A stretch of 64,000 nucleotides of DNA. Origin: Curvularia clavata (taxonomy: Eukaryota). The notes beneath the pieces were generated by a model. It worked only from the letters and a program-made list of their open reading frames with translations, ran no database searches and was not told the DNA's origin. The DNA lies in NCBI GenBank assembly GCA_023920165.1, contig CP089275.1:1364001-1428000 (forward strand), in the 5' to 3' direction. This document shows positions 1 to 12,495 of the stretch, in pieces. The position numbers and the translations under genes were made by a program. Each line of letters starts with the position of its first letter. Within the stretch, counting starts at the first letter, position 1.

Positions 1-257
1 CATTCACACAAGTGATTTTGAGAAACTCATGATTGCATACCGCTAATGTGAAGCATCAGTGTCATATAAAATATAAAAAATACATAGTTACATTCTCAAG
101 ATCCAGTCTCGAAAACAAGAAAAAAAAACAGAAAGGGAAACCAAACGCCAAAGGGGGGTATCACAATCATCCATATCCATGTCCAACATTACACAATTTC
201 CCTTCCATTCAACGCACCACGACATCTTCTTCCTTCCTTCCAGGATCGATACCTAGC

Positions 258-923
258 TCAATGCCTCCCAGAAGACCCCCCAAATGCCTTGCCCACGCTA
301 TCCAACACACTCAGCAAACTGCCTCCCAGCGTTGGCCTCCTCTCCATCCGGCGCTCCCTCGCATACCGCCGCTCATACTCGCGCTCCGTGTCGGAATCCA
401 GCTGGCCGTGGCGGTCAGAGTACTTGTTTTCTTCACCGCTGTTGCTGCTGTTGCTATGATGATCATCATGCGGGCTGGTGCTGTACTCGGATGTGGAGCG
501 GCGATGCATCGAGGCGTAGCCCGATGGAGGTGGGTACGAGGATGGGTACTGGAAATGCTGGGGGTGAGGCTGGTGGATGGGGATGGCGTTGGAGTGGGGG
601 AGGGGAGCGTGTTGGGCTTGTGGGTGTTGTTGGGGTGGCTGGGTAGGGTAGGTTGCTGAGGAAGTAGAGTAGCTGCGGGGGTGAGGGCCGTGGTGTGCTT
701 GGTGCTGTTGCTGTTGCTGGTGGTGGTGATAGGAATGGTGGTGGGCTAGTCCGCTGTGCGTGTAGGTTGGCGACGACGAGTATGTCTGTTGCTGCTGTTG
801 CGGAAAGTAGCCTTGGGCCGAGGACGAGGGGGCTCCGGGTGTAGTGGGGTATGGTGGTGCTTGGAAGGGCTGGTGGTATTGCCCGTGGAGGTAGCCTGAG
901 GCATTGGAGTCGTAGGACGACAT
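258..923 (-). CDS. Hypothetical low-complexity Q/H/P/Y-rich protein with charged C-terminal segment
   Basis: Intronless ORF from ATG 923 (MSSYDSNASGY...) to stop at 258. Coding-like composition; C-terminus EREYERRYARERRMERRPTLGGSL. Confidence 0.7.
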   Translation of the reverse strand: MSSYDSNASGYLHGQYHQPFQAPPYPTTPGAPSSSAQGYFPQQQQQTYSSSPTYTHSGLAHHHSYHHHQQQQQHQAHHGPHPRSYSTSSATYPTQPPQQHPQAQHAPLPHSNAIPIHQPHPQHFQYPSSYPPPSGYASMHRRSTSEYSTSPHDDHHSNSSNSGEENKYSDRHGQLDSDTEREYERRYARERRMERRPTLGGSLLSVLDSVGKAFGGSSGRH

Positions 924-2260
924 GGTGAAGATGATGTGCACGGCTGTTCAGTTCAAGATGTGGGTTGTGGGCGTGAGACACGACCCGCTGGCAAGCGTTT
1001 ATATCTGGGGGGGATTATTTGCCCCGGTAGGCTGGGCTGGGACGGGACGCTCCTTGTGCTGGCCTTGTGCCCTTTGGCCCTGTTTTCGAGGGGGGTTTGA
1101 GGATCGGCAAGGCTGGATGGCGTATGCGGCTGGTGGTTGTGCGTTTCGTCTAGTCCAGGGGTCGGGATAAGGACTCTGTACAATGACGGCAATTAAGAAC
1201 AGATGCGTCAAAGATAAAGCTGCATCTGCCATTGCATTTCCAATAGTCTCAATATATAACTAGCTACTCTCCTTGGACAAGCCTCACGTGCAATGAATTC
1301 GCCATCGCCCGTGCTTCACCGGTGTACGTCTGTAACGGGGTTGACCCGTACGCCAACGGTTAGCAGAGTGCGGGGGAGGCTTCCCGTCGAATGGAGTTTC
1401 TTTTTGCGACTCAGTAAAGTTGCCAAGTGCTGCTCTATGAACGCAGCTGAGAATGGCGAAAACGAGAGGGGCAATCAGAGGGCGAGCGTATGATGTCACT
1501 GCTCTAGTCCCAATGTTGCCCAGGGGTCTTTGTCAGGGTTCCTGACGTTAGCGACGGTTGGATGGTGTGCAGGAAACACATGTTGTTGGCCGAGGCGTAC
1601 CTTGACGCCGCTGATCGCTTCTAGAGTATGCCGGGAACCGTGAGAGAAGCTTGGCCTGGGGTATTTGATTCGACGGTGCCGCTGATGGTTTTCATACCTC
1701 AGGATGATAATCTGCTGTAACATTACGTTTCCAGTTTAACGCGGAGTTGCAGACGATTGCTGTTCAGTGGCAGCAGTGCATCGTCTACTGTACAACCTTA
1801 TGCAGCGTATCTGAGCTGCGATCGGGTCTTAGCAGTACCGCAGTCGCCGTGTTTACCAATCCTCGCCGAAACCAGTCCGATATCTGTCCACGAATTCGCT
1901 TTCTTACTGTCATGTGCGGCCAACGTCGCGAGGCTGTGCTGCCGGCGCATCGCCACGACGCCACGACGCAACCACCCGCAGCCACTCTGTAGCGCTCAAA
2001 TGAGGTGTTGGGCATTGCTGCCTTACCAACGACTAGCCGCTACCGTCACGCCAAGGGCTGCTTCGTCATGAACAAGCCATTTCGCTCGACCCACCCCACC
2101 ACTTGCAAAGGCTGAGTCTACTCAGCCACCATCACCACTCGTCTGACTGGGCAACTGAACTCCCCCTCTTATTTTCCGTGGTAACCACCCTCCCCCTGCG
2201 CACGCTGATCTCCTCTTTTTCCGTATTCCTGGCGCTGCACTGTTCAGAAATCACCCAGCC

Positions 2261-3792
2261 ATGTCCTACTACAACCAACCACCGGGCGGCTATCAGCAGC
2301 CCTACCAAGGCCGTAAGTCGTCAGAGTCTCACTGTACAGCCCGTCCATCTTTGTGTGCTGGAGGGCATGGCACGGCTTGGCGCTGACCTCGACTCGATAC
2401 TAATATCTCACAGAACCTCCTCCTCCCCAAGGTTACGGTCAGCAACAGTATCAACCACCCCCTCCACAAGGTTATCCTCAACCCCCTATGCAGCATCAAC
2501 AGTACGGCGGATATCCGCCTCAGCAAGCCTATGGCCAGCAGCCACCTCAAGGCCAGTACGGCGCTCCGCCGCCAAATCACTATGGCGCACCACCTCCAGG
2601 TCAATACGGCGCCCCGCCCCCACCTCAAGGTTATGCTCCTCCCCCAGGGCCGTACCAACAACCACCTCCAGGCCAGTATGGTGCGCCTCCAGGACCTCCT
2701 CCAGGACAGTATGGCGCACCACCACCCCAGGGACAGTATGGCGCACCGCCGCCAGGTCAGTATGGAGCCCCTCCACCTCCACAAGGCCAATATGGAGCAC
2801 CCCAGCCAGGTGGTTATGGCGGCCCACCAACCCAACCATCTCTTGGCTACGGTCAGCAAACAGCCAACATCGATATGATGAGGGATGTTGAAGCTATCCG
2901 CAAAGCCATGAAGGGCTTTGGCACTGATGAAAAGACGCTGATCAACGTCTTAGCCAAGAAGGACCCTATCCAGATTGGAACCATCCGTGCACAATACGAC
3001 CAGCGCTTAATGCGCAATTTGATCCAAGATCTAGAGAAGGAGACAAGTGGGTACTTTGAAAGGGGCTTGATCGAGATTGTTCGAGGACCCTTGGTGGCTG
3101 ACTGCTACAACCTCATGGAAGCCATGAAGGGCATGGGCACCAAGGAGGTTGTCCTGGACGATATCCTTGTTGGCCGCAGTAACGCCGATATCAACGCCAT
3201 CAAGCAAAAGTACCAGGAGCTCTTCAAGCGGTCGCTGCAAAAAGATCTTCAGGGCGATCTCAGCGCCGGCACCGAGCAAATGTACGACATGATTATCTCT
3301 GCCCGCCGTGCAGAAGACTCGCATCCCGTCATCCCTCAAGAGATTGAGCAGGCCGTGACAGACCTACAGGCAGGCATAGGAGGCTTTGTCGGCAAGAATG
3401 CGGCTCAGGTCTGCCAGATTCTTACCAGCAAGAACGATGCCCAGCTCAGAGCCATCTCACAGTCCTACCAACAGCGATTCCACAAGTCACTCGACAGCGT
3501 GTTGAAATCCACATTCTCAGGTCACATGGAGGATGCGCTCCGTCTCCTGGTCCATCGTGCTGTCAAACGGCCCGAAGCCGAAGCTATCCGTCTGGAAGAG
3601 TCCATGGCTGGCTTGGGCACCAAGGACGAGCTTCTTGTACAGCGCGTCGTCCGCTGCCACTGGGACAGGAACTTTATGAACGCAGTTAGTGCCGCGTATA
3701 AGCAGGTCTACAAGAAGGATCTGGTGAAGAGGATAGAAGGAGAAACACGTGGCGATTATGAAAAGCTCATGGTTGCCTGTGTGAAGCCTTGA
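2261..3792 (+). CDS. Annexin (annexin A7-like, with [14 protein letters not shown] N-terminal tail)
   Basis: Exon 1 2261-2312, GT-AG intron 2313-2413, exon 2 in frame with ORF 2488-3792. Annexin repeat motifs [29 protein letters not shown] and [10 protein letters not shown]. Confidence 0.95.
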
Positions 3793-4172
3793 GGGAATTG
3801 TTATCTGTTAGACTGGGAGGCTTTCTGATCGCATTGTATCACGTTTTTTGTTTTGGACTTTTCGCAATTCTTGGCACCATGGGAGGATACCCCAAGTTGG
3901 TTGATTAGGAATGTTCTATCCTCTTTTCACGAAGGCAGGAGACATAGGACTAGTTTCATTGTTATACGATTACCATTCACAAACTCGAGTAGTCAATTTC
4001 TTCATGAATTCATCTATTCTAAATGTTCACTGTTACACAACATGTAATGTATCTGTACACACAGTCAATGATAGCGACAGATCACAGCAGACCTACAGTA
4101 CAGCAACCACATCTGTTTTACAGGCCCCGATAGCTTTTACAGAATCTACACCCACAATTTTCTACTTGCAAC

Positions 4173-5549
4173 TCATCTGTGGTATGGCGGTGGCGGAAGC
4201 TGCACCGCTACCTGTCCGCTCGCTCCGCCCTGCCGCATCAATTCCTGAGCAACATCAAGTTCTCCTAATCTCAACGGCGGTGGCGGCTCCTCTGGCGGTC
4301 CCAATTGCCCACCCGGCCTCGTCATGGGCTCAATCAGCACATCCTTCATCTCGACCTCGTGCTCCGACTCTTTGCCTGCACATTCCAACAGCAGATTGTA
4401 CTTGACATCGTAGTTCAGCGCAACAGCGTACGTTTTAAACGTCGGCGGAACTATTTTGTTGATTTGAAACCCATCGAGCACAGTGTCCTGTGTGACTTGT
4501 ATCCCCGGCTTACTGTATCGCTGGTTGAAGAGATCGAATTTCTCGATGCTCTCGGCGCACACTTCGCCGGCCGAGGCGGAGGCGAGCGGAACACGGTAGT
4601 GGAAGTGAGCGCTGACTTGCGCACGGATGCCGCGGAGGTAGACGGGTGCCGCCGGTTGCTCGTATCCGTCGGTCAAGGTGGCTTGCAGCGAGATTTTGAG
4701 TGCGGTGGTGCTGGCGCCCACGCGGTACTGGGCTGGGGCGCGGAGGACGAGGAGAGAGGTTGCGGACGAGTCTTCGACTTTGTCCACGCCGCGTAAGCCC
4801 GTCGTGAGCCGTTTCAATGACGTGCGCCGCTCCTTGGTAGGGTCTGGTGTTGATGGCCGGGACTTTCGCTCAAAGCGAATGGGCGGTGCAGGTAACAGAG
4901 GCAGTGGACTGGGTACATCGAGTTCTGGTACCGATGGACTGAAGCGTAGTTGATGTACGACGACAGGGTTGAGGGTGAAGGATGTCTGCTCTGCAACGTA
5001 TTCCGCCCGGAGAAAGTACTCGTTGCAGATGTCGTTCTCATTCAACCAAAGAGACGGTGGAAGCTGATGACCACTCTCATGTTCAAAAAGTCCGCCCGGC
5101 TTGAATGGTGCTTCGTTTTGCAGCATGGGTTTTGCCTCGACTGCCTCCGGGAACCGGAACTCAAACGGGTACTCTACACGTGAAGGTGGACATGTTGGAG
5201 TAGGCATCTGGATTCTTGACAATGTCTTCTCGTGACAGAATAGTTCGACTTCGGCAACATGTGGATTTGCTGGGTTCCGGTCATTGGAAAGGCGACATGT
5301 TGTTTTGCCAATGAACTTGATGGTGACGCGTTTGATTTGCAGTCGTGCCTTGACGTGGACTACTCCTTTGACAAGGTCGTTGTTGGTGTGAATGCTCCGT
5401 CGGCTCGATCGGGAAAAGGCAATGGAGATGGGTCCTTCTGGAGTGTTTTGCCGGTCTGGATGATGGTGGTCGCTGTACAATTGCGGTTGAACCACGTAGC
5501 TGTAAAGTGCACGCGGCCGCTGGGTATGACTCGCTAACGTAGTTGCCAT
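4173..5549 (-). CDS. Arrestin-like (alpha-arrestin fold) protein with C-terminal PPxY motif
   Basis: 458-aa ORF containing VKGVVHV, IKFIGKT, EYPFEFRFP, LPPS and PPTFKTY, ending LPPPPYHR (Rsp5/Nedd4-binding PY motif). Confidence 0.8.
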   Translation of the reverse strand: MATTLASHTQRPRALYSYVVQPQLYSDHHHPDRQNTPEGPISIAFSRSSRRSIHTNNDLVKGVVHVKARLQIKRVTIKFIGKTTCRLSNDRNPANPHVAEVELFCHEKTLSRIQMPTPTCPPSRVEYPFEFRFPEAVEAKPMLQNEAPFKPGGLFEHESGHQLPPSLWLNENDICNEYFLRAEYVAEQTSFTLNPVVVHQLRFSPSVPELDVPSPLPLLPAPPIRFERKSRPSTPDPTKERRTSLKRLTTGLRGVDKVEDSSATSLLVLRAPAQYRVGASTTALKISLQATLTDGYEQPAAPVYLRGIRAQVSAHFHYRVPLASASAGEVCAESIEKFDLFNQRYSKPGIQVTQDTVLDGFQINKIVPPTFKTYAVALNYDVKYNLLLECAGKESEHEVEMKDVLIEPMTRPGGQLGPPEEPPPPLRLGELDVAQELMRQGGASGQVAVQLPPPPYHR

Positions 5550-6113
5550 CTAGACTGTGTAAGCAGTTCAATAATGAAAATGACGAGCAAAGGATGGCAG
5601 AAGCCAAGACTGGGCTGTTAGTTCGAACATATGTTGGCAGCCATGTCTTACAAATGGAGCGATTACAAAGCCATCTGCTTCACACATAAGTGATCATGCA
5701 AAGGGCGCGCGAGGGAGCGCGGCAATATACCCCGCTTCTGTACCTCACACTTATATTCGGCCGGCGGTTGCCAAGTCCGCATTGGCTGGCTTATCGGGTC
5801 CACACTCCATCGTGGTATCGATGCCGTGATGTTGTGGGTGTTAGGAGGTATCGTTGGCTGGCAATTGCATTATCCGACTTGAGGCCTCCCATGCAAATGC
5901 CGCAATTTCTCTTAAGGTAGCTCTACCGCTCCTCATGCAGCACATACCAATCTCGATTTATCATGGGCAAGCATCCTAATCTTTGTCAGATTCAAGTTCT
6001 GAACCGAGTTACTTGGAGAGCCATACCGTCCGATCATCATGTGAAAGAGGCTGGTGTCTGCAATAGAGGTGGTGGTGGCTGTGCAACTTCAACATAGTCG
6101 TGTCTAGGCATCA

Positions 6114-6146
<33 letters not shown>

Positions 6147-6157
6147 TACACACACAC
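6114..6157. repeat. (CA)n microsatellite
   Basis: About 44 bp of CA repeat with two TA interruptions. Confidence 0.95.
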
Positions 6158-6947
6158 CGGACAAAATCTTTGCACCAGAATCATCTTCCAAATCAAATAT
6201 GCTCCGAGCGGATGATCTACCGATACCTGTATCCTGTCTCTTCATCCGGTAACCAAGGACCCGCGTAAAATATCTGGCGTGGCTGAGATTGCGGCGCAGC
6301 AGAGGCATTCCTAGGCCCTAATCTGACTTCACTTCATCTGACCGTCTCAATTTCACTTCAAACAGGATTCATCCAAAAGAGATAGGATTACATCAGAAGA
6401 AACCTGATCTCTTCCGGTCAAGAAGCTGCTCATATGCACTGATCAAGGCATCGCAGGCTCAGCCATCTCGGGGTATCATTGTTCGGAAAATCATACGGAG
6501 AGCGCAAGGTAGAACTGTGCATTTCACACATTGAAGCAAAATCTGGAGAGTATGGTTTTCGGGAGAAACAAAAGTCTCAAATAAATCATACACTAGATGA
6601 TTGTTGGAAGGACATGAACTAAACATCATAGAAACAAGAAATCTCATTTGCGAGCTCGAAGTCATACAATAACCGCAGGGTATTCAGAATGACACGCTTG
6701 GCCAGAAAGCCCAGACAACGCCCAAAACAGAAATGAACCATCTACCAATGACGCCGACCAACCAGATCCCTACCAAAACTACCAACCAACCAATAAGAGC
6801 GCTCTGGATCCCCATCTACCCCTGTATCGCGTCCACTGCTTCAACATCTAGCACTATTAGAAATCTGACACACAATAAAGATTTCTGAACACTTACAGCA
6901 TCCCGCTTGTTCGAAAAATGTTCCCGAAAAATTCATCTCGTCATGCC

Positions 6948-7169
6948 TTATCGAGCATTGGCGTCGTACAGTGTACAATTGCTATCACGCCAGTGGTTGC
7001 AGCAGATAGCACATCCCTTGTCCGTCTTGTAGCTGTTGTCACCTCTGCACTGGCAGCAGATCCATCGCCATACCGGCGGGCGTTCTGGCCTTTGGTGATA
7101 ACCAGGGCTTGGACCAGTACCCGGGATTCCATAGCGGTTGGAAGTGTACTTGTAATCGCTGCCACACAT
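6948..7169 (-). CDS. Small Cys/His-rich putative zinc-binding microprotein (73 aa)
   Basis: ATG-started ORF; C-terminus WICCQC-x10-CAICCNHWRDSNC resembles the motif in the neighbouring ORF 8443-8736. Confidence 0.55.
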   Translation of the reverse strand: MCGSDYKYTSNRYGIPGTGPSPGYHQRPERPPVWRWICCQCRGDNSYKTDKGCAICCNHWRDSNCTLYDANAR

Positions 7170-8442
7170 GTCGCCGGTTTAAAGTCAAGTCGATGTGGGG
7201 AGTTGGTAAACGAAAAGAGATGTAATCAACGATGCGTTCAAAGCAGATGAAAAGGGAATCAGCAACGGTGAGTGTACTCTGTGTCTGAATAGAAACTCCT
7301 TGAAAAACGAAGAGGGATGGTAATGTTATACTAGGTCACCACATCCTTTTCAGTCCTCCGACTTGGCTATCGTCAGATTCACTGCCCCCTCGAAGCCCTT
7401 GCCTTGAGATCGGGGCACAAAAAGCAGTACCAAATGACCTCAATGCTTCATTTTGCCGCCTAGCACAGCAGTGCCCCTCGCCCTCTCGTCCCTTAGCGGA
7501 GACCGATCGTACCAATGGAGCAGAAGAAGGACCATAACTCAGCCAACGTAATACGAAGCGTTTCCTGGGAAATAGACAAAAAGTGTGAAAAAAGTGGGCT
7601 CTGGTGAGGCACTCCGCAAAGAACGAGGAATTTCAGGACGTCAAGGTATTCACCGCCGCGAGTGTGCGGAAAAAAAGGTCAGCATAGTTAGCCCAATAGG
7701 CGGTGAAATATGAGCTGTTGCCTTCATTAAAATGAGACGCCAGGAAATAAGGCCAAAATTCAGGCTTCAGGCAACCTTTTTGCCCAATGTTATTGTAAGG
7801 CAAATTTATGTGGCGTATGGTCCTCCAACTGACTCAACAAATGCCCCACAACGCTCGGCTCGTCCTGCTTTCGAGGGAGATACGCTCCCGATTGGTCATA
7901 ACGTGGCTTGCTTAATTCTCCATTTGTATGCTACAATCTCGATGACAAACACTTGCCCTTCCGATTACAGCAGGAGAGGCCGTTGGGAGGCGTGTGTCAT
8001 CTTTGAGGGTGTGTTGTCTCAAGTACCCGTCCGTGTACCTGCTTGATGCGAGATCATCTTGCATCCAGATTCGAGACCTGCTCTTCGGTCGTGCTCCATG
8101 ATGTCGCTACCGTCAGACTTTCCGCATGAGAAGATGTCGCCCCCTATCAAACTTTCATTGTGGGAAATGAATATGCTATTTCGACACTTCAAAAGACGCG
8201 CAAGCAATACTGGCAAATAATAGGGTTTAAAATAAACATAACCACTGAATTGACTAGACATCTTCTAATGCTACAAAACTCCAGCCAAAACCAACCCTAG
8301 ATATCGAAAGACCCAAACACTGAATGTCCGCCGCGAGGCCCGTTTCTAAGAACCAACCGAAATAGCGCCCTTTGACACGAATTAGCACTGCTCGTTCTGA
8401 TTGGAATCTGAAGGAAGCTGCCGTACATGGATGAAGGTGCAT

Positions 8443-8736
8443 TCAGGAGGTCTCCTCCACCTTGCAGCTGCCGCATCTCTGGTGGGAGCATGATGTGCAC
8501 ACGTTTTGCCAGATACCGTTTGGTCCGTCACCGCAGGAAGAGCAGAACCAGATTTTTTCGCCATCAGTAGCGGCTGGCATATGGTCGTACGGGTTGCGAG
8601 CGAGGGTTAGCGGAGAGGGAGTCGGTTCGGGGTAGGCAGAGAGGTTTTCGCTGTAGAGACAGCCTGCAGAAGCTGGCCATTGTTGTTGAGAGAGAGCCTG
8701 CTGGCCACTGTAATAAGGAGTAGAAATCACAGCCAT
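8443..8736 (-). CDS. Small Cys/His-rich putative zinc-binding microprotein (97 aa)
   Basis: ATG-started ORF with a P/Y/S-rich N-terminus and C-terminal WFCSSCGDGP-x8-CTSCSHQRCGSC. Confidence 0.65.
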   Translation of the reverse strand: MAVISTPYYSGQQALSQQQWPASAGCLYSENLSAYPEPTPSPLTLARNPYDHMPAATDGEKIWFCSSCGDGPNGIWQNVCTSCSHQRCGSCKVEETS

Positions 8737-9772
8737 TGTGAATGCTGATATCGATATTGAAGTATGTGTAGAGAAGCTGGAACGCTGGAAGATGGGTATC
8801 GAGCGAAGTGTGCATTCGTAGCATGGCGTCGAGCCTGCTTAAATCAACATCTGTGTATCCACTTTCAAGTCCCGCGAATGCCTCATCTTTGTCCCTCTAC
8901 TTTGCTGCGCCCTCAACAAAAGATCCACGACGCCGTTCTCGATACCACACTGGAGTAGCAGTTTCAGCAGGCGAACAACGAGACCCACAGTCGTGTAAGG
9001 CGACATTGGATGTCGGCCACTCAGGATCGTAGAATGCTAAGGGAACAAGAAGGTCCTACGAGCAATCAACCGGAAGGCGTGCGAAGGCGATGCATGGCCA
9101 CACTCTCCGAGCGTCAGTGCGTCGTGGTCCTTAGGCTAAGTAAGCATCTTCTTGTATGCCTTGCTCGGACTAGAGCCAGATATCGTATCCGACGACCCCA
9201 TGGTCTTGGCTCATACATAGAGCATGGTGTATAGCAGTGGAGCTCAGAAGCATCTGGCGTTACAATGATCGTGGCGAGGTAGGGTGGCATAGTTGAGGAT
9301 CAAGATCTCCTATCCAGATTAGGAAAAGAAGTTATACCTTTTTTTTTGCCTGATTCGCCTAGTTTGCCTAGTGCGCACAGCAAGGCAGTTTGTTGCTTGG
9401 ACAAAGGATCCCTCGAGATCAACGCAAGTACTAGTCTCAAAGTGAGAAAAGGTCTGATGTGGGTACGATAGGAGGGACCATTACACTTACAGCAGCGCAT
9501 CTAACAACCCCAATGATATCATTTAATAAATACATCTTGAAATTTCCAGATTCCAGTACAATCTAGGGAGTTCAACAATTCCGTACTTTCCCATCCATGC
9601 CCCTTCTGCCAAGCCTCGCAGCACTCAGGATCTTCACAGCCCCATTCCAATAACTCTTCTAAACTGATGACCTCACACCGCCGGAAACTCGAATTTCGAG
9701 GCCTGTGGGTGGCTTCAGGCGCTGTCTATGTCTGCTGACCAGCCTAACCGTGCACATCTCTTCATTCCTCCA

Positions 9773-10072
9773 TCAGTGGCTGTTCCTCGACGCACGACAT
9801 TCAGTAGCTTCACTAGCATGACTGCAAAGTTTATCCATAACACTGTAGCCTGGAACTCGGTCTTTGGAGATGGCTTTGGCTGTGCAGTAGCTGAAGAGGA
9901 CGACCAGTAACAATCGTTCCTCGCACCGGTCGACCTGCGGCGGTGCAAAGTCCGGTTCATAGAATATGACAGTTTTTTGCTCATACCGGTGGCCCTCGTC
10001 AAAGTAGCCTCCAGATCCGATCTGATGCCGATATGTCGAAGCTTGCCGGTCATACTGCGCAAAGTCAGTCAT
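9773..10072 (-). CDS. Possible small hypothetical protein (~99 aa)
   Basis: Internal ATG (MTDFAQYDRQASTYRHQIGSGGYFDEGH...) of ORF 9773-10411 looks protein-like, but no domain is recognised. Confidence 0.3.
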   Translation of the reverse strand: MTDFAQYDRQASTYRHQIGSGGYFDEGHRYEQKTVIFYEPDFAPPQVDRCEERLLLVVLFSYCTAKAISKDRVPGYSVMDKLCSHASEATECRASRNSH

Positions 10073-11215
10073 ATGAGCAAAAACACCCGGTGGGACAACG
10101 ACTCTACACACCGGCTTTGAGCATTCGCCCAAACAGGGATTACTAGGCGGATTCACCGTGTGCTGGAATGAAGTGAAGCTGCTGCTGGGCTGACTGTGAG
10201 TCAGTGTTTTCGAAATCACTTTGAATACCAAAGGAGTATATGCTATGTTTACGCCAGATGCAGGGCGCAAAGTATATAACCTGGGCCCTGTCTTTGAATT
10301 CAGCCTGCATCTTGTGAAGCAAAATCTAGGTGCAACCTTTTCGCCTGTGGCGGCCATGCGTGATAACTGCCGTCTTCCGCAAACGGCACAAAGTTTTGGT
10401 AGAGGGGCCAAAGCGGCGGCGTCACTATTCCCAAACGCTCACCGAGAGACACAAAACTATGAGGCTTTTTGGTCCTTCAACTCAGCCTTGCGGCTCCGGT
10501 CAGCGCAATAGGGTTAGCTTCAACAAAATCGTACGTGTATGGTCCTCCAAGGCAGTCCTCAGTGGTGTTAATGAGGCCGAAGGACTCGAGCAGTGTCATT
10601 TTATGTGGAACAAACTAAAACAAATGAGAATCAAGATATATCCAAATGGCAAGGCTGAACCCCATTTTTGAGGTTTTCATGCAGGCTGATGCACGGCGAT
10701 GTTTAGTAATTGATCCGTTCCCTCCGGACCACGATGAGCTTACAGAGTCGCAAAGAAGCAGTTCTTTTAACACACAGAAGATTATCAAAGTGTCAATCAT
10801 AGCTCTGGAGGGAATTGCAACGAGGAAAAGCAATTCGGACGTTGGCTCCTGTACACCAGTCCTGAAGTCGTGGAGGATGACGTCGGCAACGGCCGCTCTC
10901 GGCCGATTGGACAGACGGCGCGTCGCACACGCGCGCGGTATTCACTCGCCATGACTTGAAGGCGTATGAGTTGGCGATACAACACTGTGCAGCATGTTTG
11001 AAAGCTTTCGACTGTAATGCGTGTATCGTATGTTAAAATGACGTGTCCGCGGCGGTGTTGCCAAGGGTTTGTCTTCGGCAGCGGACTAACCGCGCATTGT
11101 TCGCGACCTTGGCCCAACGGGCAGCCTTGAAGATCGTCACGACTCCTTGCCGGCCTTCTTTCGAGGGCCCCTAGAGTGAGCGCAACCATCGTGCCTGTTC
11201 CACAATCCCATCGCA

Positions 11216-12495
11216 ATGACACCTCCACCAGCAGTCACCGATCCGCCAAAGCCGGGCGCAATCACGAACCCCGCGATAGAACAGAAGATCGGCCAGGCAA
11301 CCTCCGTCATCATTCCTCTCCTCGAATTCGGCGCGTTGGGCTACGAAACATGGGTCTTCGTGTACTTGATCTGTATAAGATACCTTGTGGATCCATCCGA
11401 AGACATACAACGCGACTTCAACATCCAGCCCCGACGGTCGACCGGTATCGCGCTCATCGTCGTATACGCCCTTCTACTCCTGTTCCTCACCATAACATGG
11501 CTGCGCCTTATACAAATGATATGGTCACAACCTGACCTTGTTCCGCTCGGAGACGCTTCGCGAGAGAAAGAAAATGCTAGTACAAAGGATTTCGCGTTCG
11601 ATCAGTATGACGCATTCATCTGCGACTACCAAGGGCTTCCGCTCTGGTGCGACAAGTGCCACAACTGGAAGCCGGACAGGACGCATCACTGCAAGGAGCT
11701 GGGTCGTTGTGTGAGGAAAATGGATCATTATTGCCCTTGGGCTGGTGGGATCATAGCAGAGTCGACACACAAGTTCTTTATGCAATTCGTAGTGTACGGA
11801 GCGCTATACACGACGTTTACATGGATCGTGATAGCCATTTTCCTAGCGGAACGCAGTTCAAAGGTACGCATGCTTAGCCGCCGCCATCGCATATCCAATC
11901 GAGTATTAACACATCGTAGATGAGCTCACGACCTGGAACATGGATTGGCGCCCTCGTCGTGGGTGTACTCTTCAGCATCTTTACCTTTACCATGAGTTGC
12001 ATGACAGGCTGGAATCTGATGATTAATTACACCTCAGTCGAAGGCATCCAACGAGGTGGCATCCACAACATCGCCTTCCTCATGTCTCAACCATCTCGAC
12101 GTTCTAGCAGCACTATCCCACCACCTGGAACTCCGCCGTCGACATCTAGCAAATCCCATAAGAAGAAGTCTGCCAGAGCGTCGGAAAGAGAAGGCATCGA
12201 AGAGGAATGGCCTATTTTAACAACGGTGGTGCGTCCCTCCAAACGCTCTTACGTAGTCATGCAGACAAAGCCATTTGAACATCCTTGGTACACGAGTCTC
12301 ATGCAAGGCTGGAAAGACACTATGGGGGACAGTATAATCGACTGGCTCCTGCCGCTGAAACAGAGTCCATGTAAAAACCGAAGTCACAGGGGCGAGTACC
12401 AGTGGGGGGAGGTCGTGTACGACATGGCGAGGATGTACGAAGAGAAGTATCCAGAAGCCAGACTGGCGCTTCTTCATGGCTCAAGCAGGCGGTGA
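11216..12495 (+). CDS. PFA5: DHHC-family palmitoyltransferase (Pfa5-like, DHYC variant)
   Basis: WCDKCHNWKPDRTHHCKELGRCVRKMDHYCPW plus TM helices. One GT-AG intron 11864-11919 joins the two ORFs in frame. Confidence 0.9.

Noticed and set aside
33..981. Plus-strand and alternative-frame ORFs over the first gene
   Set aside because: Shadows of the low-complexity 258-923 CDS.
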